In this document: positions 20,641-30,383 of the stretch, one piece after another | Layout: the number at the start of each line of letters is the position of its first letter | Position numbering within the stretch: the stretch's first letter is position 1 | Virus record (IMG/VR): IMGVR_UViG_3300046616_000314 | Span: 434,001 to 498,000 of that record | Reading direction: 5' to 3' (one strand) | Length of the DNA stretch: 64,000 nt | Notes under the pieces: generated by a model | The model's input: only the letters and a program-made list of their open reading frames with translations | Told to the model about the DNA's origin: nothing | The model's database searches: none | Translations under genes and position numbers: made by a program

Positions 20641-21378
20641 TTACGAAAATTCGCTTGATCCGTCATCGTCGTTACGATGGATGCGGGTGATGCGAGCCGA
20701 GTTGAACGGCGTATTGTCTTGTTCAACCGGAGTCATTTCGGCTTGTGAGCGACACACGTCCGAGAACCATTGTTCCACGACTTGTTCGTCATCGTGACCC
20801 ATGTAACCGTTCTGGCGTAGGAAGCTGACCCATTGTTCATTCCAATCCAGTTCGAAGTATAGACCGTTGATGCCTTGCTTTTGGTCAAAGCCGTTGTCAA
20901 CTACACCTACCCACGGTTCGTTCTTCAGAGTAGCACATTCTTTTTCAAACTTTTGTTCGGTCAGATGTCCAAATTCGAGATCGACATCAAGCATGGCAAT
21001 TTTATGAGCCACGCTTTTTTCGTCAGGGAATTCATCTTTGACTTGAAGGCGAGCAAACGCTTCCGGTTCGATCTTACCGTGTTCGTTTTGGATGTTTGCA
21101 ATCAGCATAGCCGGAACGTCGTCCAGGGTTCCGTGATTGGCGATTGCGAGTTGGATTTCGTACTCATAAGGATCGGTGATCAAACCTTCCTTACGGTCGA
21201 TAGCGAGCAACTTGATCTTTTGCTCTTTTTCATCCTTCGCCGTGATCTTCACAAGCTCGCGCTCTAGATCGGCGCCATCATAGTAGTAGTTTGCTTCGGC
21301 GAGTCGCAAAGGATCGCCCGCAAGACCCCACGCAGCCGGGAGCCAGCTAAAGGGGATCAGTTTACGTTTTCTTGCCAT
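20641..21378 (-). CDS. Conserved phage hypothetical protein
   Basis: 245-aa ORF; C-terminal EPWVGVV...YFELDWN...GY...WF domain. Confidence 0.75.
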   Translation of the reverse strand: MARKRKLIPFSWLPAAWGLAGDPLRLAEANYYYDGADLERELVKITAKDEKEQKIKLLAIDRKEGLITDPYEYEIQLAIANHGTLDDVPAMLIANIQNEHGKIEPEAFARLQVKDEFPDEKSVAHKIAMLDVDLEFGHLTEQKFEKECATLKNEPWVGVVDNGFDQKQGINGLYFELDWNEQWVSFLRQNGYMGHDDEQVVEQWFSDVCRSQAEMTPVEQDNTPFNSARITRIHRNDDDGSSEFS

Positions 21379-21658
21379 GTTTTCCTTCTAACATTTTCAA
21401 TGAAAATAAAAATTCGTCCCACTGGTCTTTCAGCATGGGGCTTTCGTTGATAGCTTTCATAATAACAGCAAAGTCGTGACCAATGTTAATATGATAGAGT
21501 AGAGCCTTGACAATCGCATCCGCATGTTGCGTTGGTGTCTTCCCATCAGGGATTGACCGCATGTCTGGGATGTAAAAGCCGCGACTATTTAGAATACCGA
21601 TAAGATCAGTGACGATCTTAGTATTCAAAGACAGAGAATGTTTGGAGTAATCAGACAT
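21362..21658 (-). CDS. Hypothetical protein, LKDQW paralog family
   Basis: SPMLKDQWDEFLFSLKM. Confidence 0.75.
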   Translation of the reverse strand: MSDYSKHSLSLNTKIVTDLIGILNSRGFYIPDMRSIPDGKTPTQHADAIVKALLYHINIGHDFAVIMKAINESPMLKDQWDEFLFSLKMLEGKHGKKT

Positions 21659-22154
21659 TTTTACCCATCAACTTATCTTCTTTTAACTTGAGCATCATCA
21701 TGAAATCATCCCATTGTGCTTTAACAGTGGGGTCTTTTTGGACATATTCACGTAACTGACTGAACCGTTGTGATGCAAGCATGGTATCAACCAAGTAGAT
21801 CAACATTTTATTTTGCATTTCACCAGTCCACAATTCTGGTGGAGGGGTTGCACCCTTCGGTACCCATGCCGTCTGTGGTTTAAAATATCGTGTCAGTTCA
21901 TACAATTCGGGTTCCGTTACACTCAGATTACTCATATAGAACGGATTACCCTTGGTTCTTGATCGTTCGATTTCATGGAACAAATTTTCAAGAACAACGG
22001 CTCGGGCGGCAGCAATCTCGTACTGCTTAGTCATGTGTTTGAGTTGATGAGCATACCGTATTTTGTATTCTTCAATCGCTTCTTCGCGAATAATGGCGTC
22101 CCATTCGCGAAGTTGTTCCATGCGTTCTTCTACAGTTTGGGGCGCATTATCCAT
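21651..22154 (-). CDS. Hypothetical protein, LKDQW paralog family
   Basis: DPTVKAQWDDFMMMLKL. Confidence 0.75.
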   Translation of the reverse strand: MDNAPQTVEERMEQLREWDAIIREEAIEEYKIRYAHQLKHMTKQYEIAAARAVVLENLFHEIERSRTKGNPFYMSNLSVTEPELYELTRYFKPQTAWVPKGATPPPELWTGEMQNKMLIYLVDTMLASQRFSQLREYVQKDPTVKAQWDDFMMMLKLKEDKLMGKNV

Positions 22155-22626
22155 TTTTCATGGACTCCCGAAGGCGCATAGCAGCCATCATTTCTTCCCA
22201 TTGGTCTTTGAGCATTACGCTCTCTTCCATATGGCTTGCTAGGCGCAAGAAATGATCCCCGCGTTGAATTGCAGAAATCATTTCGTCTAACACCACTTGC
22301 TGAGTTTGAGCGCACCATTCACCCTTGAACCCAAACTTAAACGGCTCAAGCTCCGATGCAGTCAATTTTGCATTGATGCTTTTATATGTTTCGCTTGCTG
22401 AATCCGTGGAGCCATATACAGGTCTAGACCCAGACCGTATATACTCAAGTACACGTTCTATGACCAAAGCTTTGGGGGACACTTCATCAAGTCGCTTTTG
22501 AAGTAACTCTACACGTTCGTCCATTTTAGCTTCAAAATCGGCAATGGCTTCGGCGCGAATTTCTGCTTCCCAGAGACGCATCTTATCCATATGATCGATT
22601 TGTTCTTGGGTCAGATGATCAGACAT
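22147..22626 (-). CDS. Hypothetical protein, LKDQW paralog family
   Basis: SVMLKDQWEEMMAAMRL. Confidence 0.75.
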   Translation of the reverse strand: MSDHLTQEQIDHMDKMRLWEAEIRAEAIADFEAKMDERVELLQKRLDEVSPKALVIERVLEYIRSGSRPVYGSTDSASETYKSINAKLTASELEPFKFGFKGEWCAQTQQVVLDEMISAIQRGDHFLRLASHMEESVMLKDQWEEMMAAMRLRESMKNG

Positions 22627-23122
22627 TCTTTTCTGCCTCCAAAGCCAACATCATCATCATTTCTTCCCACTGATCTTTCAATCGCGGGTTAGCCTTGATG
22701 GATTGAATGAGTTGTTGGAAATCATACCCAATGACAACTTGTTTCATCATTGCCTGAAATGCGATATCAACTTTATCGTCCAAAGACTTCATGTAATCCG
22801 GGTTCTCGGAATCAAGAACCAGATGAGCAAGTTGAATGTCGGACGTGTCAACTCCGCGAACGTAGAATGCATGAACGAGTCTGCGATAAACCTTGCTTTC
22901 AAGAACCACGGCATGATAACGACTGCGCATAATAGAACGTTCGTTCTCCAAAGCCTCATTATATGCAGCAGACACCCGCGCTTCAACTTGGCGTTCGATT
23001 TCAAAAACGTCGTCGGATGTTAGAACTTTGGGCGCAGAATCCTTAAATTCTTTTATGAATTCGTGCGACAAATCCTTGAATTCTTGATCCAATTCGGCAT
23101 CTGATTTTGGTATATCTGACAT
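22619..23122 (-). CDS. Hypothetical protein, LKDQW paralog family
   Basis: NPRLKDQWEEMMMMLAL; upstream TAAATA at 23150-23145. Confidence 0.75.
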   Translation of the reverse strand: MSDIPKSDAELDQEFKDLSHEFIKEFKDSAPKVLTSDDVFEIERQVEARVSAAYNEALENERSIMRSRYHAVVLESKVYRRLVHAFYVRGVDTSDIQLAHLVLDSENPDYMKSLDDKVDIAFQAMMKQVVIGYDFQQLIQSIKANPRLKDQWEEMMMMLALEAEKNV

Positions 23123-23152
23123 ACAATTCCCTAAACTACGGATTTATTTAGT

Positions 23153-23180
23153 AAAAAGGGGAGAGCTTTCGCCCTCCCCC
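23153..23180 (-). terminator. Intrinsic terminator
   Basis: Minus strand GGGGAGGGC-GAAA-GCTCTCCCC followed by T5. Confidence 0.8.
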
Positions 23181-23288
23181 GAAAAACGCAGCGAGCCATC
23201 TGTGAGACTTCCCGCCACTTCCATTGCCCGCAAGTGATTTGGATCACCTCCCGATTCTGTAAGATTGGCAGGCAACAGCCCGTATTTC

Positions 23289-24020
23289 TTAGCGAGAAGC
23301 GCGGAGGAAATACGTGTAGTTACCGTGTGGGGTTTCTACGGAGACTGAGAAAACGCCACGACCGGTAATGCTGAACTTCACGGGATTAGACCCGCTCAGT
23401 TTAACGGCTGAAAGCAGATGTTGGACGTTGAACTTGACCGAACCACGGATATCACCCGTGACACCTGTTTCGAAAATCATGCTGGCACGGTGCGACGCAG
23501 AGTCGTCGTCACCGATGTAGAATTCCAGATTGCCATCTACGGTACGCACACCAAATTGGGGATCGATGTTGGCATACAGGTTCGCCAGTTGGGCAAACTC
23601 AGTCAGCTTCGACTTTGACGGTGTGAATTCAACATCCCAGGGGATGTTGGCGATGGTGGCTTGTTCAGGAGCAAGCTTGGGGTCCATCAGGCGAAACACG
23701 GCTTGGTTGCCTGTCACCTTGTTGCTGAATTCGAACTGATCGATGATCGAACGCTCGTCACGCTTCACGGTCTTAACGTTGAACGTGGCGTCATCGGTGC
23801 AGTAATTCGAGAAATTCAGCAAGCCATTCAGCAAGCTCATGTTAGCAATGGCAAACTCGCCATTGAATTCAGGGATTGCCTTCTTTAGACGGGCTTCAAT
23901 GAAGAATGCCTTATCCTTATCGCAAGCCTTGATAGTCGTCTCATCGGCGGAACCCAGGACGCGAAGCACGTCAACAAGTCCGCTTGTCTGCTTAAGCAGA
24001 TCGATCAATACATCACGCAT
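23289..24020 (-). CDS. Probable DNA polymerase sliding clamp (gp45-like)
   Basis: 243 aa with a beta-rich two-domain pattern, a clamp-like C-terminal YTYFL, and a position next to the DNA polymerase. The assignment rests on size, context and pattern. Confidence 0.6.
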   Translation of the reverse strand: MRDVLIDLLKQTSGLVDVLRVLGSADETTIKACDKDKAFFIEARLKKAIPEFNGEFAIANMSLLNGLLNFSNYCTDDATFNVKTVKRDERSIIDQFEFSNKVTGNQAVFRLMDPKLAPEQATIANIPWDVEFTPSKSKLTEFAQLANLYANIDPQFGVRTVDGNLEFYIGDDDSASHRASMIFETGVTGDIRGSVKFNVQHLLSAVKLSGSNPVKFSITGRGVFSVSVETPHGNYTYFLRASR

Positions 24021-24083
24021 TAATCTGTAACTCCAAATAATATCTAATTTTAACTATGTGAGGGTAGGAAAGCAATATTTTTG

Positions 24084-24467
24084 TTAAGTAGTTTTGAAAC
24101 GAAGAAAAAATTCCAGTAAGGCTTCTTCGTTAGAAAAAGCGAAAGTAATAGCTATAGTCTTGGAAGAAAAATCCATGACTGCACTTCTAACGCTCCATCT
24201 GGAATCAACACGATCACCCACCGAGATAGCATGTAAGACTGTATCAGCAGCGTCTTTGCCTGCTTTTACTGTGACCGTGTGTTGATGCTTACGAATAGTC
24301 TTGGAATAAGTTTTGAGGTAAGCATCAATATCTGTTTTGGTAGAGCCCTGAACTACGGGGAATTTACCGATGTAATCACCGTTACCGTTGGTGATCGGGC
24401 AAAACAAACCATAAGTTTCGGTAGAGGTATAAAGTGCTCCACCGACATGACATTCAACTGTTAACAT
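24084..24467 (-). CDS. Small hypothetical protein (FxDxxDAxxFKL family)
   Basis: C-terminal FAFSNEEALLEFFLRF. Confidence 0.7.
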   Translation of the reverse strand: MLTVECHVGGALYTSTETYGLFCPITNGNGDYIGKFPVVQGSTKTDIDAYLKTYSKTIRKHQHTVTVKAGKDAADTVLHAISVGDRVDSRWSVRSAVMDFSSKTIAITFAFSNEEALLEFFLRFKTT

Positions 24468-24470
24468 TCA

Positions 24471-27272
24471 TCACCATGAGAAAAATTCATCAGCGGGCGC
24501 ATCCTTAGTCTTGGATAGGTCCCACTTCAGCACGCCAACGAGGTTGTCGAGCTTGTTGTCAATGATCACGTCTTCCATGGCGCGGTGATCGAAGGGCAGA
24601 GCCTTGAACCATGCCGGAATGTGAGGTTCGTCAATCGGATAAGCCACACTCGTCATACCCATGAGGTTTGCCTTGAGCTTACAAACGATGATCTTGGCGC
24701 CATCACCGATCCGCATAGAATAGCGGTCGTTGTTGCTTTCGCAGAGTTGGTTCCAGTTCATCGACGCGCGGACGTGTCCAGGCACGTTGACCTTTGCCTT
24801 TTCGCCCTTGGTCATCTTCAGCGATTGCTCAAGAGTCATATCGCGACCCTTTTGGAAACGTTGAGTGTAGTCCATCAGAGCGGACACCTTCTTAGGCGAG
24901 CCCTTTTCCCAGCCAGGACGGTTCACAAATTCCTTGCGGAACTTACGAATATCTTCGAACATATCTTCTTTCTTCGCACCGGTTAGGATGTTCATCAGAA
25001 GGGATTCTAGGAATTCCTGCATGTACTTCGGGGTATCCGAACGCTTCAGATCGAGACCCATAGCCTTCAGCTTGCCCGGCTTGCCATCCTTATCCAGGCG
25101 CTTGCCGTCCTTGTCATACATCAGCACCGCATACTTTTTCTTCTTGATGAAGAGAGCGGTAGACGCAACAAGTTCTCGACCAGCCTTAATAATCCCGCCA
25201 CGCTCAAGCGTCGTGTTGAACGTCTTGTGCATGAATTCGGGGAAGCTGTCATTTGCGGAATCCGCGATCACGTCATACAAACTGATGATGTTCTCGCGGG
25301 TCCATTCGAAGTCCACATAACGAGGATCATTCTTCAGGATTTTAGCAGCAGAGAAATAGCAGGAGTCGGTATCGGCGTAGCAGATTGCGTCGCCCATGTA
25401 GTCATATTCGCCAGCAATGATTTCGTTGATCTTAGCGTTCATGTGCCGAACGATAGAGCGACCGGTTAGAGTAACCGATTGACCCAGACGTTCATCATAG
25501 AAGCGAAGACCTTCGTTCAGCAACGCGCCGTACAGCGAGTTGAGCAAAATCTTACGAGCTTGTTGACGCTGATTCCAGAACCCAGCCCAATATTTGTAGT
25601 CGGCTTTCTTGTCAGCGTCCGTTTCGGCAGCAGCCAAGTCTTCAAACTCAACTTGCTTGCCTTGCATTTCCTGACGTTCGGCATACCACTTCGCCAGGAG
25701 CATCGGAATGATGCCATCCTTGCGGGTAGAGAAGAGAGTACCGTTGGCAGTGATGCAGACTTGGTTACGTGGGTTATACACGTAATCGAACAGATCACGC
25801 CCCGACATGGTACGAGTAACACCATCTTCGAAGTCGATAGTCAGAGGCGCACCATCGCGGGCGTGCATATGATCGACTTCTAGAGCGCAGAAAATACCAT
25901 CCCAGGCTTCAGCGCGAGGCACGCCACGGGCGATACGTTCGGCGACCAGAGCCATTGTTTCGTCAATACGAACCTGACCGACGATGGTTTCGGGGCTCAT
26001 GTTCAGAGCACGAATGCACGACGGGTACAGCGAGTTGATGTCAACGCAGCCGACTTCTTCATGGATGCCGGTCTTAGGCTTAGCTACATAGGCGCCGACG
26101 ACGGGTGTACGACCTTCATCGTCCTCATCGTCTTCGTCACGATCTTCGGGAGAATATTCTTCATCGAACTTGGGTTTGCGGTCAGGAACCACGAAACCCA
26201 TGGCGTGCATTTCGTTGATGATCGCGGTTTCCACCAGGGAAACCGAACCCATCGTCGTCTTCAGCAGAACGCAGTTTGCGTGAGCAATTTGGTTCGCCAG
26301 TTCAATGAACTTCTTCTTCGCGTCGATCTTGACCAACAGCATAGTATCTTGGCGGTTATATTCAATAAACCGCTTGAAATCATAGTTGTATAGTTGGTCA
26401 AGCGTGCCTTCGTAGACAGTCTTGTTGTCACCAACTTCAACTTCCGCCACATAATCCAGACGATACGAGTGGAGTTGTTGCGGGTTATGCTTCTGATACA
26501 GGTCCAGATAGTCAAGGTGGACCCGACCAACCAAGTCGTAAGTCTTGTGCTTACGCTTGAACTTCAGATACTCGCGTTCACGGGGCTTCTGGTTCCACAA
26601 GCACAACGCGCGAGTGGTATCGGAGTCCATGATGCGTTGAATGCGGTTGACGATATAGGGAATATCGAAACCCGTGCTGTTCCAGCCCGACAGTACGTCG
26701 GCTTCATCGATCAGTTCTAGGAAGGTTCGTAGCAGTTCTTTTTCATCATTGAAAAGGAACGTGTCTTCGAATTCTTCACAGATTTTCGTACCTTCAGCGA
26801 AATCCACGGTCTTAGGGCATAGAACCAAGCTGATGAGCCGGTTGATATGCGATAGGTGCAGAGAGATCGCTGTAATCGCGTTGAAGGGGTCTGTGACGGG
26901 CGCAAAGCCGCGATCTGGGTCAAAGTCCACTTCAATGTCGAAAAAGCCTACGTTAAGCTTAGGAGCGTCAACACCCATGTAGTTGTCAGCGAGACAACGA
27001 AACACGGGGTTGATATCGCTTTCGAAAATCTTGACGGGATTCTTTGCGCCGAAGGGTGAGCGCGTCCGCATCAGTTCCTTGCGGAACTTCTTGCTATCGG
27101 TCGTAGTGAATTTGCGGCAGGGATCACCGAAGATGCTCAGGTTAGAGCCTTGCGGGTGATCGTAGTAGAAAACGTAATTGGCGTCGAATTCGGTTAGAAT
27201 ACGTTCGCCATTGATCCGTTCTGCGACAAGGATTTTATCTTTTTTTCTATCGATTATCGCGTCAACAAACAT
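24471..27272 (-). CDS. Family B DNA polymerase (gp43-like) with 3'-5' exonuclease
   Basis: Exonuclease motifs DIEVD, WNSTGFD, YNRQD; polymerase motifs DINSLYPS, KILLNSLYG, YADTDS, KKKYA. Confidence 0.97.
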   Translation of the reverse strand: MFVDAIIDRKKDKILVAERINGERILTEFDANYVFYYDHPQGSNLSIFGDPCRKFTTTDSKKFRKELMRTRSPFGAKNPVKIFESDINPVFRCLADNYMGVDAPKLNVGFFDIEVDFDPDRGFAPVTDPFNAITAISLHLSHINRLISLVLCPKTVDFAEGTKICEEFEDTFLFNDEKELLRTFLELIDEADVLSGWNSTGFDIPYIVNRIQRIMDSDTTRALCLWNQKPREREYLKFKRKHKTYDLVGRVHLDYLDLYQKHNPQQLHSYRLDYVAEVEVGDNKTVYEGTLDQLYNYDFKRFIEYNRQDTMLLVKIDAKKKFIELANQIAHANCVLLKTTMGSVSLVETAIINEMHAMGFVVPDRKPKFDEEYSPEDRDEDDEDDEGRTPVVGAYVAKPKTGIHEEVGCVDINSLYPSCIRALNMSPETIVGQVRIDETMALVAERIARGVPRAEAWDGIFCALEVDHMHARDGAPLTIDFEDGVTRTMSGRDLFDYVYNPRNQVCITANGTLFSTRKDGIIPMLLAKWYAERQEMQGKQVEFEDLAAAETDADKKADYKYWAGFWNQRQQARKILLNSLYGALLNEGLRFYDERLGQSVTLTGRSIVRHMNAKINEIIAGEYDYMGDAICYADTDSCYFSAAKILKNDPRYVDFEWTRENIISLYDVIADSANDSFPEFMHKTFNTTLERGGIIKAGRELVASTALFIKKKKYAVLMYDKDGKRLDKDGKPGKLKAMGLDLKRSDTPKYMQEFLESLLMNILTGAKKEDMFEDIRKFRKEFVNRPGWEKGSPKKVSALMDYTQRFQKGRDMTLEQSLKMTKGEKAKVNVPGHVRASMNWNQLCESNNDRYSMRIGDGAKIIVCKLKANLMGMTSVAYPIDEPHIPAWFKALPFDHRAMEDVIIDNKLDNLVGVLKWDLSKTKDAPADEFFSW

Positions 27273-27275
27273 AAT

Positions 27276-27548
27276 TCACTTAATTCTATGGGACCAATAT
27301 ATCTTAAAATGCGTCATATCGTCGGATGACTCGAAGTAAACCTTCGCGCCAAAAGCCCAACGATCATAATTACCGGTGGAATGTGGGGGTCTGACTGAAT
27401 ACCGAAGCGTTGTGTGCTTCTTTAGCCAAGCGCGCATATCAACAAGGTCAGCGGAATAGCGAAGAATATCGCCATCCGCTTCCTTGAAGTGGAGCGCGCC
27501 CGCAGGACCCAGGTTTGAATTCCAGCGTCTTAGGTCGTGCTCCATCAT
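27276..27548 (-). CDS. Small hypothetical protein (FxDxxDAxxFKL family)
   Basis: C-terminal VYFESSDDMTHFKIYW. Confidence 0.7.
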   Translation of the reverse strand: MMEHDLRRWNSNLGPAGALHFKEADGDILRYSADLVDMRAWLKKHTTLRYSVRPPHSTGNYDRWAFGAKVYFESSDDMTHFKIYWSHRIK

Positions 27549-27553
27549 CTTTA

Positions 27554-27817
27554 TTAACGACGGTTGGTCAGGACGAGGATTTCTTCAACGATGTCGAAGG
27601 CTTCCTTTTCGTCTTCAATCGACGCCTTGTAGGCAGTACGTGCAGCCTTGATCAGTTGACCAGCCTTCCAACCAAAATCTTCAGCCAGAGCCTTAGCGGC
27701 GTCCTTGGTGCTCAGTTGAAGGTCTTCGATGTCTTGGAAGTTCTTCAGAGCGGCATCCATGAATTGGTTCAGACGGATTTTGTCGTTTTGCGAGAGAGTT
27801 TGATCAGCGATAGCCAT
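27554..27817 (-). CDS. Small dsDNA-binding protein, T4 DsbA / GapR-like
   Basis: 87-aa helical protein, IEDLQ..KDAAKALAEDFG...LIKAARTAYK pattern. Confidence 0.65.
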   Translation of the reverse strand: MAIADQTLSQNDKIRLNQFMDAALKNFQDIEDLQLSTKDAAKALAEDFGWKAGQLIKAARTAYKASIEDEKEAFDIVEEILVLTNRR

Positions 27818-27984
27818 GATAAATTTGCCTGTAAATTGTGTTTAAAATGTTTGGTAAAAAATAGTGGTAAACCACCTATTAACCAAAGATAGCGGATTGG
27901 ACCCCCGTTTGTCAAAATGATTCTGCTACGGTTGCGCTTTTTGATTAGTGTGGTATAGTCGAGTATTAATTTAAGGATAGGTGG

Positions 27985-28359
27985 ATGACGATAGACCTAA
28001 CGCTAAGGCGTCTTGCCTGTGACCTTGTTTTGAAAGCGAAGAAATTGCCCAAAATCGATTGGAAACAAGAAGTTATTGATACCCAAAAAGGTTTAGAGCG
28101 TATCGGCTTTGTCGATATTCTTGCGGGGCAAGAAGTCGAACCCGAGCACGTCGAAATTCATCTTCGCAGCTTGGGTTTCTGTGACATTACCAAATTCGAG
28201 CGCGCCAGAGAAAATAGCTTCTATTTTCTCAAGCGGCTAAGTCAGTCCAAGCGCAAAATGCGTGAATGGACCTTCGTAGATCGGTCCAGTCAAGATTATT
28301 TGCTGTTTGCGTTTTCGAATCCCGAAGACGGCGTTTGGTTCAAGATGAAGTTTCTGTAG
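27985..28359 (+). CDS. Small hypothetical protein (FxDxxDAxxFKL family)
   Basis: C-terminal FAFSNPEDGVWFKMKF; upstream TTGCGC-N16-TATAGT. Confidence 0.75.
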   Translation: MTIDLTLRRLACDLVLKAKKLPKIDWKQEVIDTQKGLERIGFVDILAGQEVEPEHVEIHLRSLGFCDITKFERARENSFYFLKRLSQSKRKMREWTFVDRSSQDYLLFAFSNPEDGVWFKMKFL

Positions 28360-28360
28360 C

Positions 28361-28717
28361 TCAGTCGTCGTCTTCGTCTGGTTCCGGCTTGAAATTTTCG
28401 GCGACCACTGGTCCAGCATAATGCTTAACAAATGCTTTGATCATCAACCCCATGATAATGAACGGAGCTAGAACTACGCCGATCATCAGACCAAACGGAG
28501 AGACGGTACCGACGACTGCACCTATGACAAAACCAAGCATAGGTTGACCAACGCAATCACCCAAGGATGGCTCAATATTTTTCTTGGCGTTGTCTACAAT
28601 GCCGCCGATGGCGATACAGAAACCAAACATACCAGCAAAAAATATCAAAAATTGCCAAACGTGAGTGGCACTTTCAGTCTTAGACCATTCAAGTGCCGCA
28701 GTAAGAATCGAATCCAT
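28361..28717 (-). CDS. Hypothetical membrane protein
   Basis: 2-3 hydrophobic segments and an acidic tail. Confidence 0.7.
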   Translation of the reverse strand: MDSILTAALEWSKTESATHVWQFLIFFAGMFGFCIAIGGIVDNAKKNIEPSLGDCVGQPMLGFVIGAVVGTVSPFGLMIGVVLAPFIIMGLMIKAFVKHYAGPVVAENFKPEPDEDDD

Positions 28718-28778
28718 AGAAACCTCGTAAACTGGCTGTCAGATTAGCACAACCAATTTACGAGGGCAAAGACGAAAA

Positions 28779-29753
28779 TTAAGCCGCGTCGTCCGCGACC
28801 AGTTTCCAACGCGAAACGAAATCGCGCAGTTCGCGGAGGTTCAAGCCGTTAGCTTCGGCATAAGCCTTTTCACCACCGGCTTCCGCCAGGGCATCCGCAT
28901 AAGCTTGGCGAGCCGGGACGTTAGATGTCAGCAGGCTAACCAGAACATTGACTTCCATACGAGAATTGGTTGTCGCGTCACGGATATAATCGTCAAACGC
29001 TTCCACGGTAGCCGGGAACAACGGTTGGATCAGATCGTAAACGGCTTGGGCGAACACTCGAATTTCGTATTGGGCGTGCGGGTCAGCGCGCAGCTTAATC
29101 AGGTGCAACAGGTTGTGTAGGTTCTGCGACCAGTAAAGTTCGCTGTAGATACCTACCGGAAGAATGGTACGAGCCATTTCGCGAGCGACACCATCAAAAT
29201 CCTTGCCGAACACCGGATCATCTTCGCTGAACACGTCGTAGGCGACTTCACCTTGCGCGTTCGGCTCACGGTCGCCCAGAAGCGCGCGGTAGGCGTCATA
29301 GGCTTGACGATTGGTTTGTTCGATCATCCAACGAACACCCGTGGCATTCTCGGCAGACATTTCACCAGCGCGACCTTGTTTGTTATCCGAGCTTTGCGGC
29401 TTGATAACATCCATTTCCGGCAGATAGAAATCGTCGTCCAGAACCGAGTAGCGTGCGCTTTCTTCGTTCAGAGAAGCCGTGCGGTGACGGTTCCATTGAC
29501 GTAGAACAAAGATAGGAGCCTTGATATGCAGCTTCACTTGGCATTGTTCGATAGGGCTAGTGTGTTTGTGGCTCACCAGATAACGAATCAAGCCACGGTC
29601 CTCGCGGACAGTCTTGGTTCCGGCGCCATAGGACACGCGGGCGGCTTGGACGATTGCGGCGTCCGAACCCATGTAGTCTACTAAGCCTAGAAAACCATGA
29701 TCCAAGACAGCAATGTACTTAGGATCGTTCAAAATATCAGCTTGTTTAGTCAT
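28779..29753 (-). CDS. thyX: Flavin-dependent thymidylate synthase
   Basis: AARVSY, HTSPIE, RHRTASLNEESARYS (RHR-x7-S), REMARTILP, HAQYEIR. Confidence 0.97.
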   Translation of the reverse strand: MTKQADILNDPKYIAVLDHGFLGLVDYMGSDAAIVQAARVSYGAGTKTVREDRGLIRYLVSHKHTSPIEQCQVKLHIKAPIFVLRQWNRHRTASLNEESARYSVLDDDFYLPEMDVIKPQSSDNKQGRAGEMSAENATGVRWMIEQTNRQAYDAYRALLGDREPNAQGEVAYDVFSEDDPVFGKDFDGVAREMARTILPVGIYSELYWSQNLHNLLHLIKLRADPHAQYEIRVFAQAVYDLIQPLFPATVEAFDDYIRDATTNSRMEVNVLVSLLTSNVPARQAYADALAEAGGEKAYAEANGLNLRELRDFVSRWKLVADDAA

Positions 29754-29762
29754 TGAAAACTC

Positions 29763-30038
29763 TTAATAGAAATTAGAAATATCATATGGAGAAGCCGCCA
29801 CCGGGGAGGCTTCAAAAATCTTTTCGTCTTCGGGACGCTTGAGCTTCCACATAGTGACGAAATCCATCCAATTTTGGAGGATGATCGGGTCTTTCTTGAT
29901 TGCGTCTTGCATCGCTCGATATATAGCAGCCTGTTTCTTGGCTTCGGCATACTGGCGTTGCATCGTACGAATTTCTTCATTCAAGCGGCTAATTAGCTCC
30001 GCTTGCTTCTGGATCATACGTTGATCTTGGCTAGGCAT
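29763..30038 (-). CDS. Hypothetical protein, distant member of the LKDQW family
   Basis: AIKKDPIILQNWMDFVTMWKL. Confidence 0.7.
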   Translation of the reverse strand: MPSQDQRMIQKQAELISRLNEEIRTMQRQYAEAKKQAAIYRAMQDAIKKDPIILQNWMDFVTMWKLKRPEDEKIFEASPVAASPYDISNFY

Positions 30039-30087
30039 ATGAAACGATTATTCCTTAACGAATAACCCATCATAGCAAATGGTATGG

Positions 30088-30375
30088 TTAAATGTCTTTA
30101 TTTTTCTGAAAATAAAGTTCGTCAACCTCGTGCCAAATGGCGTTTAATTCCGCCAGGAGAGCACGTTTGATTTTTCGAGAATCGAACGTTGCGCGAGCCG
30201 ATACGATGTTTTTCCCATCAGGGCTTTTCATCAGACGTTCAAGTTCGGCGCCATCTACGATCTTAGTAATACCATGGATGTCGGTGATCTTCGCCATGAA
30301 AATGTATTCAGAGGGAATTAATTGCGGATCAAGTTCGCGGATGACTTCATCAATAAGATCGTCGTTCATGTCCAT
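30088..30375 (-). CDS. Hypothetical protein
   Basis: 95-aa ORF with TAAATA 5 nt before the ATG. Confidence 0.7.
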   Translation of the reverse strand: MDMNDDLIDEVIRELDPQLIPSEYIFMAKITDIHGITKIVDGAELERLMKSPDGKNIVSARATFDSRKIKRALLAELNAIWHEVDELYFQKNKDI

Positions 30376-30383
30376 AAAAATAT

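Noticed and set aside
24471-27272. Intein or intron in the DNA polymerase, ligase or ThyX
   Set aside because: Motif spacing and lengths are normal; no intein terminal motifs or frame breaks
27866-27885. CtrA-like site (TAAA-N7-TTAACC) and TTAACCAT half-site at 35405
   Set aside because: Only imperfect matches in AT-rich spacers; not distinguishable from chance by eye
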